The position numbers were made by a program, and so were the translations under genes. Under the pieces are notes generated by a model. That model searched no databases. It worked only from the letters and a program-made list of their open reading frames with translations, and was not told the origin of the DNA. Positions 16,178-25,672 of a stretch of 64,000 bases of DNA are shown one piece after another. Where the stretch lies: assembly GCA_020891255.1 (NCBI GenBank), contig BQFW01000006.1, forward strand, positions 1,674,001 to 1,738,000, given 5' to 3'. Position 1 is the stretch's first letter; each line of letters starts with the position of its first letter. Origin of the DNA: Entomortierella parvispora E1425. Lineage: Eukaryota > Fungi > Mortierellomycota.

Positions 16178-17357
16178 TTAATAAAAGGCGACCTGGGTCT
16201 GTCCAGACTTGATCTTTTCTGCGAGATCCTCTTGTCCAAACATCTTGAAGAGCTCCACGCGGATCTCCTGGATATCCAACAATGTGCGCTTCTTGGCATC
16301 GCGATGACAATCGAGCAAGATCAACTCCAAGCGATCCAACTTCAAAGCACCTACAAAGAAAGGAGAAATGATACCATGTTAATAATCTAAACTCCACTTT
16401 TCTTGTTCTAATGCCTCAATGCTTCCTGACAAAGAAACAAGAAACAATAAAACAATAAAAGGCTTTTACCTTCTTCGATCAGCTTATCGACACGACCAGG
16501 AGTACCCACGCAAATATGGGACACGGTCCTTTCCAAAAAGTAAACTTGCTCTGGGACCTTCAAATGCTTTGCAAACAACTTTCCGATCTTGGCAGCGTCT
16601 GAGAACAAGGGCAGAGCACGAATAACTTCCACAGAACGAACACCACTGGCAGACAAGATCAAGACCACGGGGGCACCCTTGGGCAAATCCTTGACCACCT
16701 CCAAGGGCTTCTTCTTGGGATCATGTTTAGGAGTGGGCTCGGGCTTGTTGAACTTTCCTCCCTTCTTGCCTCCCTTCTGAGCCTTGGGGTCGAACTTGGA
16801 AGGGGTGGGGTCTGCATCCTTGACCAAGATCTTCTTTTTCCATTCCTGAACTGCAAACTTCAAAAAACTCTCCAGGTTGACCAAAGTATGATCCAATTTG
16901 AAAGGAGAGACATCCTTGATAGAAGACTCGGGTATCCTGCGTTCCTCACGCTCAATGGAGGACAAGTGTTCGAGAGCACGGTCCTGACTGTCGATCAAGG
17001 CCTCGATCTGGGAAGCCTTGGGTCGATCTCCAATGGGGGTGTTGTTCTCCTCAGCGCGTGCCTTCTTGGACTGAATAGTTGGAAGAAAAACAATTCGTTA
17101 GCAGCCCCTTCTTACAAGTCGTAATGATCAACGCGGTAAAGAGGAAGGAAAAGTACCTTGTTGTTGTTCTTCTTCTTCTTGGCAGCAACGGGAGCGGCTT
17201 GTCCTCCTGGAGCACTGCGTTTTGATCCTGCAGCGGCGTCTTCGTTATCGGACTCGTCCAATGCGACACCGCCATCCTCGCCGTCGCTCAGGTATTCAGT
17301 ATCGGAGGCCTGGAAGTCATCCTCGAGAGCATCGCCAGAGTCTTTTACTTTTGCCAT
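16178..17357 (-). CDS. CMS1: CMS1/CMSS1 90S pre-ribosome factor (helicase-like fold), 3 coding exons
   Basis: MAKVKDSGDALEDDF acidic N-terminus; VVLILSASGVRSVEVIRAL; IGKLFAKHLKVPEQV; ICVGTPGRVDKLIEE|GALKLDRLELILLDCHRDAKKRTLLDIQE; TAA at 16178-16180. Confidence 0.88.
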
Positions 17358-17765
17358 TGATGTAATGTGATGGGTGTAATGTGATGGAATGAAATGGGAA
17401 CGAGATGCAGCAAAGCTGAGGTTAGTCAAAAAAAAAAAAAAAAAAAAAAAGTGGACTGTCAAAATTTTCCGCCAAAAAAAACAAAACACTTTCCATTCGA
17501 CGCACGCTTCGTGTTTTTCGTTGACGACCCTTCTTCTTGTCGACGATCAACCATCACGAACATAATCTCAACAGCAAACAGAGCATTGTTTTTTTTTCTG
17601 TATTTTTTTTTATTGATAATCATTTCTGTTTACAAACATTATACAAACATGCTTGGCATTCAAGACCTAAAAAGACTAATCATTCAAAAGAAACAAAGAC
17701 ACGGTTAGATGTTCGTCTCTATCGCGTACACAGTTGCAAGTGGAGGGGATAGGAAAGTGGGAAGC

Positions 17766-17892
17766 TCAGACAGCACTCCGCATTGGGAGCGCGATTTGAT
17801 ACCATAGCCATATGGTGTGCACAAGGTGGGTCGGTCCGCGTGAAGCGGATACCTCTGCGTTCACCGACGTGGTAAGTCAAAATTTTCATCAT
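17766..17892 (-). ncRNA. Candidate intronic box C/D snoRNA (127 nt) in a putative 5'UTR intron upstream of CMS1
   Basis: Perfect C box ATGATGA (17892-17886) and D box CTGA (17769-17766). Internal hairpins GTCGGT/ACCGAC and ACCATA/TATGGT. It lies between a GTAAGT donor (17964) and a CTAAC branch point (~17705) with AG acceptors at 17676/17667. No target identified and no terminal stem seen. Confidence 0.35.
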
Positions 17893-18169
17893 AGGGAGGA
17901 GGAGTAAGGGAGAATCGGGTAGCAATTGCGAGATAAATGACAAGCAAAGGAAGACAAGACTTACCAAACCTGATTCAGGACAAGACAGAGGGAAGAATAC
18001 AGAGGGAAGAATGCAGATGGGATGCAATGAGGGGATCGCGTGAAGAGTGGATGGAGGAGTGATGAGAAGAGAGAGAAGGAGAAAGAAAAAAAAAAAAAAA
18101 AAAAAAGGCAGGGTAAATAAAACATTCATCGGTGGCTTGTAATCGTTTGTGCGCTGTCTTGTCTGAATA

Positions 18170-19642
18170 TCACGTCGGGCACGCACTTTTCTTTCGAAGC
18201 CCGAAAAGTATAGGGAGGGCCGCGCTATCAAGCAACTTCTTCAAGTGGGGCCAGTGCGTCTTTATCCAAGCACCCTCGTCGTAACCCAGGACTGGATCTG
18301 TGCCCTGCAACGACACCTCCTCCAAGGAAGTGAGGCTACCCAAAAGACTCAGTCCGCAATCTAGTCGAAAACGAACTGGAAAGAAACCAAGCTGAGCTAC
18401 TGGCTTGTCCATCCATAGTTGTCTTAGATTCACCAGCGTCGCTAATCTCTGAAATACAGCAGGCTGTGCCGATCGAGAGGTCACTCCGATGGACAGACAA
18501 AGCGTTTTCAACCGAAGGCAGACCCACGGCCTTGGATCCCGTTCCATTTCTAAATTTGTGATCAAAGGTGCATGGAAGGTCTCTAGTCCTTCAAGATGGC
18601 AGAGCATATCGTGGACCATTTCTCTCGAAACGAACGCACATTGATCCAGTTTGAGCACTTTAAGAGTCGAGGCATGATGAATTCCCGCCTTTAGAACTGC
18701 CCAGGATGCTGGACCAAAAAAACTCGTCGCCACAGAGAACTGCTCCAGTCCGATCTCAGATTTCGTCTCCAAAAAGTTTACCAAATCGGCTTCTAGATGG
18801 GCAAAGGGAATGTCCAGGGATACCAGGTTGGGACAACCATTGAGCCTTTTTTGACACAACACAATAATGGCAATGACATGCCCCTCCATGAGCACTGACG
18901 AGTAGGTTGACATTGTCAGGGCCTTTAGGTCGGGGCAGTGCTTCAAAAGCTGGTATAGAGCCATCTTTGACATTCCATGACAGGACAGGGACAACTCGGA
19001 GATGCGAGCAGGTTCACAGCCCTGAAACGTACACCACGGCGGAATATCGTCCTCCTCAATCGCGTCGATGAAATCGATCTCGATGTCCAAGCTCCGAACC
19101 TGGGACAATGCTCGCCAACAAGCCGGCCAACTCTGTCGCTTCACCTTTCCGCGAGTCATTTTCAATTGATCCAGCTGAGCGCAGTTGGCAATTGTTTCCC
19201 AAATCCGAGTGGTATCCCTTCTCCAATGATCAAGGTTGATTGAAATCTGGCGAAGGGTGGTGTGGTGTCTTTCGATCATACTCTCCTCTGGAAGCATGGG
19301 CCCTTGTTCACCCAAAGATTGGGATATCAGAGTAGGGTTGGTATCAAGCAAATTCAGGGACTGGAGCCGCAGACATGTAAGCTGATTAAGAGTCACAAAA
19401 CGTAATGTGCCTCTTTGGAACCCAAGGTGGTGGATCAAGTGTGCGTTTTGGACGAGTTTTTCCTGGGACGGGGAGGTTTGGTTTGGGGACAACCATTTGA
19501 CCATGGTGTCGCTCCAGATCCATGGTTCAAAAGAGGCTCTCCAGTCCCGACAGACAAGAACGCAGGCTTTTAAGGAGCTTGTGGATAAAAATTGGCCCAA
19601 GTGGTGCCTAATCTCGGCCAGGGAGAGTGGATGCGTCGACAT
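18170..19642 (-). CDS. F-box/LRR (RNI-like) protein, intronless
   Basis: N-terminal F-box-like HPLSLAEIRHHLGQFLSTSSLKACVLVCRDWRASF, leucine-rich repeats, and C-terminal PWVCLRLKTL...VFQRLATLVNLRQL...GLSLLGSLTSLEEV. First ATG at 19640-19642 (the track's 19696 start is TTG). Confidence 0.85.
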   Translation of the reverse strand: MSTHPLSLAEIRHHLGQFLSTSSLKACVLVCRDWRASFEPWIWSDTMVKWLSPNQTSPSQEKLVQNAHLIHHLGFQRGTLRFVTLNQLTCLRLQSLNLLDTNPTLISQSLGEQGPMLPEESMIERHHTTLRQISINLDHWRRDTTRIWETIANCAQLDQLKMTRGKVKRQSWPACWRALSQVRSLDIEIDFIDAIEEDDIPPWCTFQGCEPARISELSLSCHGMSKMALYQLLKHCPDLKALTMSTYSSVLMEGHVIAIIVLCQKRLNGCPNLVSLDIPFAHLEADLVNFLETKSEIGLEQFSVATSFFGPASWAVLKAGIHHASTLKVLKLDQCAFVSREMVHDMLCHLEGLETFHAPLITNLEMERDPRPWVCLRLKTLCLSIGVTSRSAQPAVFQRLATLVNLRQLWMDKPVAQLGFFPVRFRLDCGLSLLGSLTSLEEVSLQGTDPVLGYDEGAWIKTHWPHLKKLLDSAALPILFGLRKKSACPT

Positions 19643-19710
19643 GGAGAGAAACTTGGTCAGATGTGAAGTGAGTTGCAATGGATGGGCGACATTCAAACCG
19701 ACGCGTCTTT

Positions 19711-20919
19711 TTATTGTGACTGGTCATTGGGGAGATGTACGCTGCCATAGATGCTGAACAGTTGGGACGAGTCCTCAGCAAGGCCAATGCGAACCCGCCC
19801 CTTGGGCCCTGGAGATACATGGATAAACTCACCGTCGATGCACAGTCGCCCTTCCACTGGTGTCTCGATCTCCACCGCCTTTGCCTTGTAGTACTCGACC
19901 TTGTCATAGCCAATATGTTTGTAACCCTCCTTCGTAGCCGCACTGAGGACTTCCAGGATCTTGCCTCGGCCAACATTTTGCACCGCCAGCACATCTAGCC
20001 AGTCGTCTGAAGTTCGAGCAAGCGGTGTTGGGGAAAATCCAGGCTCAAGGAATGCTTGTTTTGTGATCATTAAATACGTGAACGGTCCTGAAAGGGATAA
20101 GGTGACGCCATCCGCTCTATTGTTATCTTGGTCAGTATCCTGATGCTGCAACTGCGCTACGAATGGCGTCAGCGCTTGAATGTTTGCGTCGTACTTTTGG
20201 ACTGGTCCATGGAAATCAATGCGAGCAGTGTACTGCTTCAAAAATGCAATGTTCTTTAAGACAGAGACCTTGAATCGCTCGTTGCCCAGCAATCGAAGAC
20301 CTTCTCCGTCATAGACCGTGGAACAGTGCAGCCCGAAACTATTAACAACAAGCGTGTGGGTTTGTACCTTCCAGCTGTCAACTCCCTCTTGACTCGACTC
20401 TTTCCGTGTTGAAACAGACATAATCTTCATTGGAATGATATCCTCGTTGTTTGATCTCAAGAAGCCACCTAGGGCATCCAGCACCGTGGCGTGTCCGAGA
20501 CTTGTCGCAATGGCATTTCCAGAACCCAGAGGGATTACCGACAAGGTGATCCTCGGATTGGGCAAGTCCAAAACTGGTTCCTCTTCAAGCCCATTGAGAA
20601 CTCCATTGACAATCTCGTGGACTGTACCGTCGCCTCCGAGGACCATGATACGCAACGGGGCATCTGTACTCAGGACGCCATCGGGTTTTCCAGGAAGCTG
20701 ATTTGCATTCCTAAGAAATTGCCGGATATTATCTCTGAAGTAAACTCGGGCATGATCACGACCTGTTGTTTCAATGACGCTGTAAGGTACGGCGGCGTTC
20801 TTCAGGGCTGGCTCGACGACACTTATAAGTTGTGCTTTGCCTTGTTTCTTTCCTGCATTGGGATTGAGAACTACAATGACTGGTTGAGCTGTCTGGATGG
20901 AGGATGGAGGCTGTTGCAT
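19711..20919 (-). CDS. Diacylglycerol/sphingosine kinase-family lipid kinase, intronless
   Basis: VVLNPNAGKK, VIETT, LGGDGTVHEIVNG, VIPLGSGNAIA and C-terminal LCIDGE motifs of the DAGK_cat fold. Start placed at MQQPPSS; not certain. Confidence 0.85.
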   Translation of the reverse strand: MQQPPSSIQTAQPVIVVLNPNAGKKQGKAQLISVVEPALKNAAVPYSVIETTGRDHARVYFRDNIRQFLRNANQLPGKPDGVLSTDAPLRIMVLGGDGTVHEIVNGVLNGLEEEPVLDLPNPRITLSVIPLGSGNAIATSLGHATVLDALGGFLRSNNEDIIPMKIMSVSTRKESSQEGVDSWKVQTHTLVVNSFGLHCSTVYDGEGLRLLGNERFKVSVLKNIAFLKQYTARIDFHGPVQKYDANIQALTPFVAQLQHQDTDQDNNRADGVTLSLSGPFTYLMITKQAFLEPGFSPTPLARTSDDWLDVLAVQNVGRGKILEVLSAATKEGYKHIGYDKVEYYKAKAVEIETPVEGRLCIDGEFIHVSPGPKGRVRIGLAEDSSQLFSIYGSVHLPNDQSQ

Positions 20920-21851
20920 TTGGACTATGGACTTGAGATGGGCACGAGAGATGCAGCCGCAAGAGGCAGTGAAGAAGGAGACGAATGAGCAACGGCTTTT
21001 TTTTTTGTCACGGCAGTAGAGCTCTCTTTCACACACGTGGGACAGGTCATTTGGACATTTGCATTTGGGTGCACAGCCAAAAGGGAAACAATGGTCGGCG
21101 AGACGTGGACGCGTCGTTGATTGGGATGTAGATCACCAGAAGCACGGCAGTAATGCACCGTTGCAGGTAACTGCCTTCACTTGCCTGCTTTATCCCTTCT
21201 CCCTCGGCTACTGCTCTGCTTGGGGGTATGTGAATGTGCATCAGAATTGCTCTTTCCCAGCTCTCTCTTCATTGTCTGCAGCTACTGCTCCTGAAGAAAA
21301 ATCCTTCTCTTCTGCTCCGTGAAAATAAGACAACCAAAGCAGGAAGCTAGAAAAGAAGGATCAAGGCCCACCGTGGGCACCTCCACGCTTCTAAGCAGCT
21401 TCTTTTCAAAGAAAGGCCGTTGATGACTGTCTTGGTTGTCTTGATAGTATCGATCTTCAGCAATTGGATAAATACGGTCCCATCCTGCAAGAAAGCTCTT
21501 TTTTCTCCTTGATGCCATGATTGTCCACCTTCCTTCCTCTATACCCTACAACCTGTCAAGAAAAAACCTCCTCGACGAGTATCTTTCACCGCCGTGACCT
21601 TATTCTCTACACCGTTTCTTCCAAGTCGCTTCTTATTTTACCCTCTACTCTCATCAACACAACCCTCCGCCACACTGGACCATCTACCTCACCAGTCCAA
21701 TACTCCTGGACTGTGTCAGCCGTCTGCAGTCTACGGATCGAATCCTACAGTAGCGCAGTGCGACGAAAACTCATTACATTCATCTACGTCAACTTTCCAG
21801 AGCTACTCAGAAGCCATTACCTTTGTCAAGCTCTACTCTCCAAAAACGATC

Positions 21852-24072
21852 ATGTCAGACGTTGAACTTCAGCCACAGAACCGGAGCTGCTTGGGGGTAA
21901 GTTATCAGAATGACACCAATGCCGCCCAGTTGCATGCAAGGGCTACCTCCTAACCAGCCACCGCTTTGTCCGGTATGCAGTCAATTGCTCGAACCTTGGC
22001 GCCGATGCAAGCTCTAGCCGCCACGATCACAGTCACTTCGGTCATGTCTGGAGTTGTACCCTTGACCCAAACTGCACTGTCTTCGGGCGGCCCTGTAATG
22101 ATGGTGTTTGGCTTTGCCTTTGCCAGCATGATGGCCTTTACAATTGCACTCTCTTTGGCCGACATCGCCTCTGGATTCCCGAATGTGAAAGGCGGCTTAA
22201 TCGAGTATAGTCGCCGTCTAGCTCCCAAAAAATACAGCCGATTCTCCGCTTGGGTAGTCGGATGGCTCCACTTCTTTGCCTTTGTAAGATCTCTATTTTT
22301 TCCTGGCTCCTTCAGTCAGGAAAAGGGCTCTTTTTGATGCATTCGCTCGCATCAATTCGATCCTAGAAAAAGTGCTTGTGCTCACCCGTTCCCCTCTCCA
22401 CGTTCTTTTTTCGGACCCTTCTTTTTCAAATATTCCAGGTCACTGGAGCAACAAGTTGTGCATTCTCTTTTGCTCTGTTTGCGACGAGTGCCATCGAAAT
22501 CGCGACAGGTGCAGTGCCTCAGCGCTGGGTTACTGTCTTGATCCACTGCGTCGTGAGCTTGGCATTTGGTGTCATTAATGCTCTTCATATTAATGTCGAC
22601 ATGGCCTCTGGTAAGCTAGATCTCAACTTGTTCAAAATCTCCTCTCATAGGTCTTGTCATCTGAGCTGACATTTTCGCTCTATCTTTGACTCGGTCCAGC
22701 TGTGTGGCATGTCCTTGGTCCGATCATTGTTCTCTTGACCATAGCTACGTCATCCAAGAACCCACCTCCGCCATCCTGGGTGTTTTCTCATTTCGAGAAC
22801 CAAACAGGATGGACTAACTCGTTCTACGTGACCCTTCTTGGTTTGATCCAAGTAAGCAAGATCATCAGAGCCTGAAATCTTCCGAGTTTTGCTCCGTGCT
22901 CTTATTCTTGCTGACCTACTTGTTCTATCCATTACGTACTGGAATCCCTCTTAGGGTGCATTCACGATGACTGGATATGATGCTCCCATCCACACCTCAT
23001 ATGGGATCAAAAACGCCGCCTTGAAAGTACCTCAAGGAATCCTCTACGGGTTCATGGTGTCCTTTACGATGGGAGAGATCCTCATCTTGACATTCCTCTT
23101 TGGCATCGACGACATTCAAGCGATTATCAACCCAGCCGTTTCGGGTATCTCTGCAGTCGAGATCTTTGTTCGTCTCATCAGCTCTTGCGGGACGACGTGT
23201 ATCCTGGTTATTTTTATCGGTACCTTCTTCTTCTGCGGGCAGGGTATTCTGAAGGCGTGTAGTGAGATTGGACTTGAGCTTGCCGTCAGCGGGGCCTTTC
23301 CAAAATCAGAGTATCTGTCGCAAGTTGGAAGTCAGGGACAACCTACCAGAATAGGATGGCTTTGTGTGGGCATGTCCTGCTTCCTCGGAATGCTCTATTT
23401 GGGCAACACGACCTTACTAGGGGCCATGTCGTCTGCCATTGCGATCCAACTCAAGTAAGCACATTTTCTTGTTCGGGCCTTTTCTACTGCTTCTTTCTGT
23501 CTCTGTTGGCCTTTGGGAGTAAATTGTTTGTTGTGGCCGCGTTTCGGAACGCTCGAACATCAATCTACTTGTTGTTACTGTTTGAAAGATCACAGCTTAC
23601 TGATAGCTCGTGCGCTTCTCTCCTCCCTCCCTGTCATAGCTTGGTGTACTCTATCCCCATCGCGCTACGACTTTTCTTCCCAAACCCAACGCGTTTCCAG
23701 CCAGGCCCGTTCACCCTTGGTCGGTACAGTCGTCCATTGGCCATGGTTGCAATCTCGTGGTCCTGCTTGGGTGTCTTTATCTTTTCTCTGCCAGGGACAT
23801 ATCCGATCTCGGCAGAGAACATGAACTACGCCAGTATCCTCTTGATTTCGACCCTGTCTTTTATTCTTGGCTACTGGTACTTTTCTGCCAAGGAATGGTT
23901 TGGGATCGAGAAGAAACAGTCAGAGTTTCATGATGAGAATCAAGCCCGGATGGAGGCTGAGCGCGGACTACCCATGTCGATTGTCAGGGATGGACCCATG
24001 CAGGAGAAGGACTTGGACGAGATTGAGGATTGGCTTGACCACCTTGAACGGGATCTGCGTGATTTGAAATAA
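21852..24072 (+). CDS. APC-superfamily amino acid/choline/GABA permease (multi-exon)
   Basis: GGPVMMVFG, LSLADIASGFPNVKGG, AWVVGW, FENQTGW, TGYDAPIH, FQPGPFTLGRYS, NMNYAS; about 12 TM helices. MSDVELQPQNRSCLG|SIARTL splices in frame (GT 21897, AG 21980). An in-frame upstream extension exists, so the start is uncertain. Confidence 0.88.
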
Positions 24073-24127
24073 GGGAGTGCTGACATGTTTATCGCCGTGC
24101 TCATCTTTTCCACTCCATTGCTTCTCT

Positions 24128-24180
24128 CCTTCCTTCCTTCCTTCCGTCCTTCCTTCCTTCCTTCTTTCTTTCTCCTTCTT
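24128..24180. repeat. (TTCC)n / CT-rich microsatellite downstream of the permease
   Basis: Direct reading. Confidence 0.8.
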
Positions 24181-25023
24181 TCCCCTTCTTTGTACTTCTA
24201 TACGCTTATACTAATTATATAATCACTTGAACCGTTTGAATGCATATCAGCTTTATAACATTGACCATTTGACATTGTCAGTTGGCCTATATACGTAAGG
24301 AGTCATGAGATGATTCACTTGCACTATGAGAGTATTGAATGCAGGCACGCCGGTTTGGCACCTGACAGATACCGTGCATGGAACGGAAGGTCTATCTATG
24401 GAAAGGAAGTATCTGTCGATGTGCCTGAATGGCGAAAGGAATGACCTGTCTGCTGTTGCCTTGTAGTCCCATTGTTACTTCTGATGCCTCCTGGAGTGTT
24501 TTGCCCAACACGGTACCAATTTTTTATTCCTTTCGAAAAGGAACAGGTTCTGTTCTGACCTAACCGCTTGGCCGCCCTCGAGGGGTCTCCCTTTTTTTCG
24601 GCTTCTCAAACACATCCGACCCGACCGTTGCCCTTTGTTCTCTCCCCAGTGGGGATTTGAACGCAAAGCACGAACGTACTATACTGTTTTTTCAGACAGA
24701 TGGACAGACAGCCCAGTCAGCGCCAAAATTGATTCTTCAGACACCCAAAACTACGGGCATCTTTTTCCTTTCTCCTTAGACCTACTAGAACCTCCTGGCT
24801 GATAACAAGAGCCTCATGCAATCAACAAAAAAAAAGAAAACAAAAAGCATGAGAGAGATGCATTTCAATCTAAACTAAAGCCGCCAAGTGGACCACGGAC
24901 TCGAACCCTCAGTTGTCCTTTCCCCCCACCCACCTTCCGACCCACACACCCACCCCATGCCTTGCTCGTCCCCCTGCCGAAACGACCTGCGCATGGTCAA
25001 AGGACAGAAGGTCGGTGCCATCA

Positions 25024-25030
25024 TATAAAA
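25024..25030 (+). promoter_or_regulatory. TATA box (TATAAAA) upstream of the small orphan ORF
   Basis: Canonical TATAAAA followed by a pyrimidine-rich leader, about 170 nt before ATG 25199. Confidence 0.45.
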
Positions 25031-25198
25031 TGCCAGAGCAATCCCACACAATGCGAACCCTCATCCCTCTCATCCAATCCAACACACAAAAAAATATCCT
25101 TTGCCCACTCTTGTGTTTTTCTATCTCCAACTCTTTCAATTCTCATTCATTTCACTTCAGGTCCCTGTTTGTGTCACCAACAATTAGCACAAAGAAAA

Positions 25199-25498
25199 AT
25201 GACAAGCCTCGAGAACTTGACCTTGGCTCACCTTCCGTCGAGCACACAGTCCCACCCTCAATTCCAAAAAACTCAGCAACTGACCCCTCCACCTTCGCCA
25301 CCTCACTCTCGCGTACCGTCGATTGCTGCGTCAAGACCCCCGTCCAACCCGGAGTGTGCGACAAAGGAGGACGTCAAGTCCGTCCAGAAAGGAAACACAA
25401 GGTCGTCCATGTCGAAACTGACCTTTGAGAAACCAGGATGGTTGGAAGAGCACCTTCAAAGGGCCAGGACACTTGCTGACCCTGCCGATGCACTCTAA
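25199..25498 (+). CDS. Small (99 aa) Pro/Ser-rich orphan protein
   Basis: ATG in AAAAATG context, upstream TATA box, AT-rich 3' region with AATAAA; no recognisable family. Confidence 0.5.
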   Translation: MTSLENLTLAHLPSSTQSHPQFQKTQQLTPPPSPPHSRVPSIAASRPPSNPECATKEDVKSVQKGNTRSSMSKLTFEKPGWLEEHLQRARTLADPADAL

Positions 25499-25672
25499 AA
25501 AAAGAACATGCCTCCTAGAAATCCCGTATAAAATAGCAAAATTAGAATAAATAATAATCTAGTCACATGATCTGCTATTTTTTATCTTGATTTTTTATTT
25601 TTTTTTCAACAAAAAAATGCAGAGCGTGTTTGAATGGTGTCCGCTGTCCCTCTTCCCGTTCAACAATTCAGT

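Noticed and set aside
17719-18231. 170-aa minus-strand ORF upstream of CMS1
   Set aside because: Composed of polyT/CT low-complexity leader sequence and contains splice signals. Better explained as UTR/intron.
19701-19706. ACGCGT (MCB cell-cycle box) in the 68-bp gap before the F-box gene
   Set aside because: A single hexamer is expected by chance several times in 64 kb at this GC content, and other copies occur in unrelated places.
24888-24910. B-box/T-loop-like GGGTTCGAGTCC on the minus strand suggesting a tRNA
   Set aside because: The T-stem does not pair (GAGGG/CCGTG), and there is no D arm, anticodon arm or acceptor stem upstream. At most an isolated TFIIIC-like site.
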